From Octopus sinensis (Eukaryota), in contig NW_021831847.1 in assembly GCF_006345805.1 (NCBI RefSeq), positions 364,999 to 428,998 on the forward strand: DNA of 64,000 bases. The letters are read 5' to 3'. The notes beneath the pieces were generated by a model, which was given only the letters and a program-made list of their open reading frames with translations, was not told the DNA's origin and did not search any database. Below are positions 53,505-64,000 of the stretch, piece after piece. Position 1 is the stretch's first letter. Every line of letters starts with the position of its first letter. The position numbers and the translations under genes were made by a program.

Positions 53505-55349
53505 ATGAAGAATTACGTGATCGGTTTTAAAAGCAGCTACGATTCAGGATTGTTCAACGATCGAGTTCACTATGAGAGCATGATCCAACAAAACATTCTT
53601 GAATCTGAGACCAAACAGCTTTTGATTGAGGACCAGATTGAGCAAAAAAGGAGTTTTAATATCTTAGACAATCAACTCAATATTTCGAAACAAATTAATT
53701 TAGAACAATTTAAAGAATTTATATTTTCTGGTAGACTTTCAAAGAAACGTACAAACAACACAATGATGGAATACATATCACGAATTGTCATTACTAAATC
53801 TTATTCTGGACACGTCAAAGATTCAAAAAATGAACATTCACAGCAAAAAAACATCAATTACAATCAAATTGATCAAATTGGAGAATCAAAAATAATAAAA
53901 CTTGAACTCATTCCTCGAAAATACTCAAAACCAAATCGATATGATCCACCAAAAATCAGATCCCCGCCAAAAAAGATGATTTTCCCAACGATCCGATCTC
54001 AAAAAATAAAGACCGAGTCACCAAAACTTGAAATCCTGAAAAGTCCTCAAATTTCCACAAAAAAATATTCGCCTAAATTCTACATTATGGGAAAAAATGG
54101 ATCTAAATTGTTTATGAAAATGTCTAATTTGTTAGAGTGGAACGAATTCTTTTATCACTCGGATGGATTAAAACTTACAACAAACGTGACAAGACACTCA
54201 AACTGATGTGGGTTGAGTGCAAGTCGTTTTTTCATTTCGAAACATTCAAAGAAGGTTTGACGAGATAAAACATGTAGAGGAAATTATATGGTCAATCACA
54301 TTCAGAATTGTGAAGTTTTGACCAATAAAATGAACTTATTTGTAAATTTGTACGAATATGGTCAATCCTGTTCAAACTTAAGACTACAAGAGTTCATCCC
54401 CGAGACTTTCACGATCAAAAATTCCAATGAACTCTCCGACTTTATCGAATCCCGTTATTCTGGTTTATATCACGTGTCAATGTAGCTGAACAAATCTGGA
54501 TCTGTAAACCTGTCAACCTTAATCAAGGAATAGGAATTCAACTGATTCGATCAACGGAGGACTTGAAAGCCATGTTTACCACAAAAAATAAATTCCGTGC
54601 AAAAATAATGCAAATGTAAGTTTGCCGATGTGATCCAACAGTTACATTGAACGTCCTCTGCTCCTTCAAAACAAAAAATTTGACATTCGGACATATATGG
54701 TTATTGCAAGTACAAAACCATTTCTCGTCCTCTTCAAAGAAGGGTACGTCCGTCTGAGTTGTCGACCCTATCGAATCGAAGACCGCGATCTGACCACTCA
54801 CTTGACTAACCAGGCATATAAGGGGTCACTCACGAGTAGTACGTGCAGAAAAAAAACCCCGAATACCATCAAATGAAAGAAGAGACCGCTTGGTCAATGG
54901 ATAAGTTGAACGAATATTTGAACGAAATTTATGCAAAACGCGGAAAACTAGAAAAGAATTGGACTAAGACAAAATTAATTGTTGAGCTGTTTGAGTTAAA
55001 TTGATAGGAAAAAATGAAGGAAATTTCGTTATTTTGTTTCAATTCAGTGAAAAACAAACTTAAAATACAACACGGATTTTTTGAAATTTTTGGTCTTGAT
55101 TTTTTGGTCGATGAAAATTTTGGAATTTATTTGCTCGAAATCAACACGAATCCTGCTTTTGCCATCAACTGTTCGGCTTTGGTCGAAATTATTCCCCACG
55201 TGATCAGGGAGTCCATTGGTTGATTTTCCTTATGTATGCTTAAAGAACTCGCCGTAGAGTGCTTTGACAAAATCGTGGATCAAAAAAGTATCACTCCCAT
55301 CAAAGCTCTTAATAAATTAAAAATTATATATAATGAAGAATTTGATTAA
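53505..55349 (+). CDS. TTLL10: Tubulin tyrosine ligase-like glycylase, TTLL10 type, 7 micro-introns
   Basis: FYIMGKNG, LMWVECKS, WICKPVNLNQGIGI, YIERPLLL..KFDIRTY, HLTNQ|YVQKK, FGLDFLVD..YLLEINTNP; GC-AG intron 54814-54839. Confidence 0.88.
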
Positions 55350-55786
55350 TTTAGTTTTAGTAAATTTACTGTTGTGGTTTTGATCTCTCGTTTTTTGCAA
55401 CAACCCTTGTCGATTCTAACTTTCAAAAAATTTTCAGAATTGCTTGATTGCCACTTTAGGAGGGTTTTTTAAAGTACAACTGAACTTGTGAATTTTTGCC
55501 ATTTTACATTGATTAAATTTTTAAGACAGATTTCTTGCCCTGTCGCTGCCTTATAGGAAATCAAGTTTTCCGTTTTCTTATAAAATCTGTTGATTCCGCA
55601 CGCTGACTGCATTTAGTCCCGGAGAGAAAAAATAATCGAAAAAATAAATTTTCAAAATACTTGATTCAAAAATGAAAATAGTCTTTAAAATAATAATAAT
55701 CAATCTTATTGCAAAAACAGAGACAGTGACAGAAGTTCGACGTACCATGAAACGAGACGGCTTTCTGAGGAAACGTCTATTTGCGT

Positions 55787-56269
55787 CTATTGAAGCCATT
55801 TGTCAAGAATTAGATAATTCTTGCAATAATATTTCGGTTAATTTAGAATTATTGCTAATCTACTTATACAACAAAATCAAAGCACTTAATCAGAGCACTA
55901 AATAAAATTAACACTGAAAAACTAAGAGCAGAGACTGAGGTGAGAAGTCTCAAGGATAGTGAAGAAGATGTCTTACTGAGTCAACAGAGACTAGAATCTG
56001 CCTGAGTTGAGGGAGTGTCTGGAGATTTGTGACAAGTGTCGGACTGTGGCTGAATTGATGGACATTCCGGGGAATATATCCTAGGAAGAGTTGTGTAGAG
56101 TTATCCTGTGTGGTGTGAGTGGTAGGAGTTGGGTGGTTTGGGAGTCGTTAAAGATATGATTGCCGTGGAGAATCGTTTAGGCACTGAGAGATATGGTCAA
56201 GTCAGGCAGTGGTTGGATGTTGTTGAGGCAATTTATCGTTTGAGGATTATTGACTGTCTGAGCAATTAA
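55787..56269 (+). pseudogene. IMMT: Partial, internally deleted duplicate of the MIC60 3' region
   Basis: Matches about 35709-36479 with two large deletions and an in-frame TAG. Confidence 0.85.
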
Positions 56270-56394
56270 GTCTTAATAGTTTACTAATTATTTTAAAAAC
56301 TGTTAGAATTGAATATAGGAAAAATAGTATCCAATAAAAAATGGTTTTAATAAATGATAGTAATGAATTTAAAGTGTGAATAGCTAGAAAATAT

Positions 56395-57569
<1,175 letters not shown>

Positions 57570-57849
57570 ATAGTTATAAATTGAATTTAATTTATTCAAT
57601 TTTATTCGTCCTGCTTAATTTAATATTTTTAAATTGCAATTTAAATAAAACAAAATTCGATTAATTTTTTACTTTTCATGGATCCTCCAATTCCTTTCGA
57701 CTTGATATAATTTTATTTTAATAACGTTATTTTATTATTAATAAAAAGAAATTAATCATCCAAATAATTTTACGATGAAAAAAATAGACAAAAAAACTAG
57801 TTAATTATTTGTGCATAAAGTTTTTTTAGACAGTTCTTTAAATGCGTTG

Positions 57850-58450
57850 TTCAACTCGCTTACTTATCTTCTCCAGAAAAATTCTTGGGTCCATGCTTTT
57901 TAAGATGCGGAGAGCTGCAATGGTTTTTGCTCTCTTCTTGACATGCAGACTACTGTCTGGGTTAGCGTCAATTGTAAGCCACAGGTAGCGTATACAGCTT
58001 GTCATCTCTTTTATGCTGATTGGGTAGTGTTCCTATAACGATGGACACGACAGTAGCTTCGATATCGAGGATTGCGCTATCCCTTAAAGGGCCTTTTGGT
58101 TTTTGGCCAAATATTCTGCGAAAATTTTCGGAATCTCCTCAGACGAGGCAGGCATGCCGGATTGGTTGTGCAGCCTCAGCAAGGAGGACTTTCCTGCGAG
58201 ATTTGACACCTTGTGAAAACAGTCCCAGACGTTTGGGTTTTTTGGCTAAGGTTTTTACAAGCCTTCTGCCATTTTCTAACGGCGTTTAGCTTTGTCCCGA
58301 AATTTATTTTTCCATTAATTTCAGAGATCATGTCCTTGAGAGTTGCCCGGTCAATGGGGTCCACACAGCGTCTAAGTTTATTTCTCAGCCGCTTTCTCTC
58401 CAAGAGTAGAGCCGTCACCCAAATTGGTACTCTTCGGGTGGCCAGCATGT
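57850..58450 (-). mobile_element. Joined non-LTR fragments (linker and RT C-terminus)
   Basis: LLLERKRLRNKLRR..W linker; YL.LTID...KTIAALRILK similar to the element at 1-406. Confidence 0.6.
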
Positions 58451-58719
58451 AGTTTGGTTGCGTAGGAGGTGAGGTAGTGGTGCATAAATTCGCTCACTCA
58501 TTGAACGTCGTGATCTCCCCGGTATGCAACCTCTGCTGTGCCGAAGATCACTCAACTGATCACCTTTTCCGCTGCCCTGTTCTCTTCCCTGTCCGCAGGA
58601 AATTTGCTGTCCACTCCCCCGAGGTCCTTTGGGAGCAACCCGCGAAGGCGCTGTTGTTTCTGCTAGCTGCCGGTCTCATACCCTAATGTGAGACCGGGGT
58701 TATGCAACAACAACAACAA
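58440..58719 (+). mobile_element. 3' end of an I-group non-LTR element with CCHC motif and (CAA)n tail
   Basis: CNLCCAEDHSTDHLFRCP; ends ggggttatgcaacaacaacaacaa. Confidence 0.8.
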
Positions 58720-58749
58720 ATTTGATTATCATAAGTCGATATTGAGGAC

Positions 58750-60050
58750 AGAGTCGTAGCCGATACTGCTACTGTTGTCGCGTAGAAAGCCATTTAAAGA
58801 GCTTATATACTGTGGCCAGTTGATCTTCGTGAGAGAGTATCGAGTAAATTCGCGTTTTTAGTAAATTCGAGTAAACTGGTGCAGGGGGAGAGGTTTTGGA
58901 ATACATGCCTCCGACTTTTAGCCAGAAGGAATCGGTTTTCACCTCAAGAGAAAGGATTTCACATAACTTGCCCTCTATAATAGTGAGGTCATAATAGAGC
59001 ATGCATGAACCGGTCCCTGGCGTAGAGCAGCTGCCTCATTTTAGGTCAAGTGACCGGTATCCCGGGAGTTCATAAGACTGGGTTTCTCTGAGCTTTGACT
59101 CGTTGACAACAATACTTTCTGGATGGCCGCTGTTTACAATTTCAACGAAGTCGTGATGCCGTCTTTTGATAGATCAGGCATTCACAGCGATGATTTTTAA
59201 GAGGACTATGTTGCTGACGTGCTCCCTTCTAGCAGGAGCTGTTGCAGCATCTCCGATTATACACCAAGTTTTGTCAGGGCTCCTACACAACGGCGATAAA
59301 TTTTCATTAGGGCATTTCTGTTGTATAGGTCCTGGTCCGAGTGGGCACCTCGTTGCGGCAAGACCGACTCGAAGGGTGTTTGCCTTCTTGCGAGGGACAG
59401 TCGAGCGGTTAACTTTGGTGCTGGGACTATCGTCGGTCTTTGACTTCAGGTTGATATCGGCCCGGGTCCGGCAATGTCTGAATGCAGATATCGACTTTGG
59501 ACGGACTCGAGGATGGCCCTTTTGTCCAGACCAACTCAGTGCGTTTGGCTTCTGCACAGCGGATTGGGCTTTTAGGCAGCGGGTTCTTCACAGCCCGTGA
59601 GACTGGTGTTGCAGCTTTGGCAGACAGGCATCCATCGTAGCACGCCAGGTGCCCAGTATTGTTGCAGTTAATCTGGGTTTTTACAGATGGATGCAGGCTT
59701 TGATTTCGGGCAGTTTTGATGCCTGTGATTGTCTTCACAAAGCAGGAATCGAAATTTTATGTGCATCTGTGAAACGTGTGTCCAAACTGATTGCATTGGA
59801 AGCATCTCGTGGCCGGGGGCTTGTGCCATTCATAACGGATATGGCTGAAACCGGCTGTGATTCCAAAGCGAATGAGGGTGTTGGCCTCGGCTCTGGAGTC
59901 CAGCGTAAGCTTTCCGACCGGAATGTCAGCTCCATTACGAGAGTACCTTTTGAACTAAAAATACGATTCGAGAGTTTCCCGTAAATCGAAGCCAAGATCG
60001 TTGTTCGAGATCCAGCGAGGAATTCCCTTTAGGATCAAGACAGAGGCCTT
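58750..60050 (-). mobile_element. 5' part of an I/Jockey element: gag-like ORF1 (CCHC knuckle) and APE start
   Basis: INCNNTGHLACYDGC knuckle; VGGMYSKTSP APE-like strand. Confidence 0.6.
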
Positions 60051-60669
60051 CTCAGTTACTAGGCAAGTTTATGGCCGCCTTCGCCAAACATTTTAGTTTT
60101 CGAGAGCTCTGTTTTAAAAGCAACTGCATCTTTGGTTTATCGGAATTGTAAATTAAAGGAACCGAACTTCTGAAAAGTTATTCGGGCTTTCGAAGCAGTC
60201 GGCAATTTTGACCGAGGTTAAACCTCTTGATCAGCGATTCTCAAGAATTTTGAGCAGGGGCCGCACAAATTAATTTTTTTTATTTATAGGGGCCGCTTAT
60301 TTTTTGTCAACTTGATGAAGATAAAATATTTGTTATTTCAGTTTGAACGGAAAAAAATACTTTGATTTTTGTTTTACTGAGTAAATGCAATTTAAAGTTG
60401 AGTGGTATCGCCGCACATTTTTTATGAAACTTAATGAATAAAAAAATGAAAAAATTTATAAACTACTTAGTCATATTTTCAAAATCTGGTACGATATATA
60501 AGATGTCGAGGTCCGCAACAACTAACTTAGTCCAGTGGTTCTCAACGGTGGGCAATTCGCCCCCTAGAGGGCGATTTATTCTGCAAAGTGGCGATGGTTG
60601 ATTGCTAATATTTGGAAATCTTATGTCAGAAGTCGATAATGAGAAAAAAATAGAAATACACCCCTCGAC

Positions 60670-61300
60670 AAAATCAATCCTGTAACCATAGAAACAGTTC
60701 TCTATCTATCTGACACTTCGCCAGATGTCTCAGAAGGCCAAAATGCCATACACTGTCGAATGCCTTCGAAATGTCAAGACAGGCCATCGTCAGAGATCCC
60801 TTGGTATCCATAGCCTTCATAATTAACGAATTTACCAAATAATGACAGTCCCCACAAGAGCGATTTCTGCGGAAACCCCACTGCACATTTTTTAGAATAT
60901 TTTTGTTCTCCACATGTTCCGAGAGTCTTCCCAGCAATATCCTTTCCATGATTCGGCTGATGGTAGGAATCAGGCTTATCGGCCTATAGCTGTTGGCAAG
61001 TAGCGAGGTTTTCCTGGCTTCAGTATCATCCTAACCTCCGTTAATTTCCAGGAGGAGGGGACGTATCCCAAATGAAGACTACAGGAGAAAAGACATCTCA
61101 AATATTCATAGAGTTCCCTCGGTGCTTCTTTGAACAATCGCATTGTTATCTTGTCTCTTCCTGGGGCATTATCCTTCGAGCATTTTATTGCATCCTCCAC
61201 GTCTTTGCAAGTTATAGCTTTCGTGCACAAAGGCAACGAGCTGAGGAGTCCATCCAATTCTTTTTTCATATAACACAGTGCTGGGCCAGATAACTGTAAA
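60670..61300 (-). mobile_element. I/Jockey RT fragment
   Basis: APGRDKI, WKLTEVRMILKPGK, YRPISL, QWGFRRNRS, LDISKAFDSVWH. Confidence 0.85.
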
Positions 61301-61694
61301 TCCGGGTTGACCTCCTGAGTTCCTTTAAGACTGTCTCCAAATATATTTGGAATTTCTTCAAGAGAGGCACGGGATCCATCTTGATTTAACAGTTTCGGTA
61401 TTGAAAAAGAACATAATGAGTAATAATAATCAAACTAATACTGAAAAGGCACAAGCTAAAAAGTGGTCATCAAAGCCAAGACAAAAGGCAGCCAATAAGA
61501 CTATGAGTAAGGTGGAGTTCAGTAATATCATGAATAAGATACGGGAATCAAACCAGAGCGAGGAACAGAAGACAGAAATGGTAGACTCGCTGACGAGCCA
61601 AGTTGGAAGTGCGAACCTGCAAGGCTTGACTGATTTATTGCATTTTTATGACTTAATTTTTTACATCCAAATTCAAATTTACTTTCTTTAACTA

Positions 61695-63573
61695 CAGTGC
61701 GACCTCGAATTGGGGAAAACCAAGTAGCGGGGAAACCCTCTTTTTTGGGGAAAACCTTGCTTTTTGGGGAAATATTTTTGCCATCCCTATAAAATACGAT
61801 GATTTTTAATGAAATAAACCCCCTACCGCGGCGAAAAATTTTATATTATCATAAACGATTCATTAATATATTTGTATAATTTTTGATTTATTATTATTAT
61901 TTATTGTAACCTGTTTTTCCAAATTTGTAATCAATAATTTTAAAATTTATTTAACCTGGTAACTTAGTTAGTTAGCTAATTAACCTGGTAAAAAATTGAA
62001 ATTATCAATTTTTAAAGTTATTTTATAAATTTTAGAAAGCCAATGCCTAGAAAACTAAATCAAAGTGAAAAGATCAGAATTTGCAAGGATATACAGTCGG
62101 GTCATAAGGACAAAATGATTTGTGAAGGATTTAACATCTCTAAAGGAATGCTATACCGACTAAAAAAGAAAAGGGAAGGAATCTTAGCTCAAGGTTTCTC
62201 AACATCCGAAGGGACAATTGGATACGAATTGAATGCCCAAGTTTACGAGATTTTTCGTAATCTCAGGTCGAAAGGTTTCCCAATTAATGGGCCAACCTTA
62301 AAGCTTATTGCACATAAAATTGCGTATAGAAATTCAAATCATGATTTCACTGCTTCTAATGGATGGCTTTACAGATTTAAGAAACAATTCGAAATAAAAT
62401 TCAGAATATTACATGGCGAATCACGATCAGCTGATAAAGAAGGTGCGGAAAACTTCCGATCAACTTTCAATGATTTGCTTGAAAACTATGGGGAGAAAAC
62501 ATTTTCAACTGTGATGAAACTGCATTATTTTATAAAGCTGTTTCCAAAAAGAGTTTTGTTGAAAAAAATGAGTCACACAGCAAACATAAAATAAGAAAAG
62601 AACGTATGACACTTCTTTTGTGTTGCAGTTACACAGGAGAAAAATATAAACCGCTTATAATTGGGCGTACGAAGTCACCAAGAGTATTAAAAGGTGTGAA
62701 TCTGAGAGAAATTGGCATTGAATATGATGCTTCGTGCAAAGCCTGGATGACAAAAAATATTTTGAAAATTGGTTATCTCGATTTAATGAGGAAATGAGAG
62801 AGAAAAGAAGGAAAATAGCATTGTTAATTGATAATGCAACTTGTCATGCTGTTTCTCTCAAACTTTCAAACGTCGACGTAATATTTTTTCCAAAAAATAC
62901 AAGTTCCTTAATTCAGCCATGTGACCAAGGGATAATAAAGGCATTTAAGAATCATTTTAATAACTGGATTATGAAAACAATTATCTATGATAAAAATCCT
63001 GCAGGGCAAATAGATGAAGCAATAAAGGGAATCACAATATTGGATGCTATTCATGTTCGAAATTAGCATGGGACAAGATTACAGACACTTCAATACAACA
63101 TTGCTTTGAAAAAGCTTTGGAATATGACTGTCGGGAAAAAGAGGACATCGAAGAAAGTCTGATTAATTCCGATATTGTGGAAAATGCGATTTTGGAGAGT
63201 TTCTGGGATGATAACAGTAGTGATAAAGAGGACTGCAGCGAACAATTTATGGAACATTTGGATGATCAACAAGTTATAAACAATGCGAAATGCGCATTCA
63301 CAATGCTGCTAAATGTTATTAAGCAAGAGACTCCGGAAAATGTACTTGATCTATTCAGATTCAAAGCAAATATTATGAGTTCGATGCGAAAAAAACAAAA
63401 CACTCGATTAAAATTAACTGATTTTTTTATTAAAAAATAAAAATTGTAGTTATCCGTCTCGGTTATATTATTAAGTAAGATATCGAACAGGCGAGACCTA
63501 AATTTAATGAAAAACTTTTTTTGGGGAAAACCTCAAAATTGGGGAAAAATTTCCCCATTTCAAGGTCGCACTG
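61695..63573 (+). mobile_element. Full-length pogo/Tigger element with both TIRs and TA TSD; transposase frameshifted
   Basis: TA|cagtgcgacctcgaattggggaaa ... tttccccatttcaaggtcgcactg|TA; FTASNGWLYRFKK, N(C)DET region broken, LIDNATCH, IQPCDQGII. Confidence 0.95.
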
Positions 63574-63739
63574 TATTTAAAAATTTTTGATTTTACGAGA
63601 TCACTGGTTGGGGGATACAAATTGTCATGTACCATAAAATTATATAATTGTTTGTCATGTACTATAACATTATAATAATTTTTTATATTTTCATACAAAA
63701 TCAAATTTATTTAAATTTAACACGTTATTATTTATTGAC

Positions 63740-64000
63740 ATGGGACGAAAAAGCGACTTGTCATTTGATACCAAAAAAATTATTTTAAATCTCCATACCT
63801 TTGGACTTAGTCAAAACAAAATCGCGGAAATCACAATTGCTCAAAAGGATCAGTTTCCAACGTGTTGCAAAAGCAGAATAACGAGAAAAACAATCGTGTC
63901 GGAAAGGGAAGGCCGAAATTAACGTCTTCACGAGAAGAAAGAGCTATTCAAAGAGTTTTGATGGACAATAATTCATCTCTATTAAGGAAATTTCCGAAAA
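63740..64000 (+). mobile_element. Tc1 transposase N-terminus (paired-like HTH), runs off the window
   Basis: MGRKSDLSFDTKKIILNLH..GLSQNKIA...GKGRPKLTSSREER. Confidence 0.75.

Noticed and set aside
54120-54165. Apparent non-canonical GT-GG intron in TTLL10
   Set aside because: A canonical 26-nt GT-AG intron just upstream (gtttatgaaaatgtctaatttgttag) restores KLVERILLSLGW
61347-61691. 114-aa plus-strand ORF as a host gene
   Set aside because: Sits between TE fragments, has no introns or recognisable domain, and is probably retroelement-derived

Overview
AT-rich animal nuclear DNA, not prokaryotic. Eleven conserved protein-coding loci lie in compact islands among dense, mostly decayed transposons: MAP4K4/misshapen, RPSA, Lhx1/5, PLAA, MIC60/IMMT, a cathepsin L family (2 complete copies and 1 partial), BCAT, tropomodulin, an ATF4-like bZIP, NDUFS3, AIMP1-like and TTLL10. 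There is also a ZMAT2/Snu23 pseudogene. Transposons include CRE-, R4- and I/Jockey-like non-LTR elements, a Helitron, hATs, pogo/Tigger and Tc1. Every multi-exon gene is split by ultra-short spliceosomal introns (22-31 nt in about 67 introns I spliced by hand), so the supplied ORF track is fragmented and often reads through retained introns. This intron size fits what is reported for dicyemid mesozoans (inference, not proven). Most notable: (1) a gene-by-gene sawtooth GC skew, C-rich in the 5' half and G-rich in the 3' half of each housekeeping gene and resetting at each short intergenic gap; (2) about 10% GC-AG introns plus many RAG acceptors; (3) cathepsin L paralogues that share an oxyanion-hole Gln->Glu change and differ at all five S2-pocket positions; (4) a Helitron whose helicase-coding fragment has expanded into a tandem array. 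All homology calls come from my recognition of motifs; no database searches were run.
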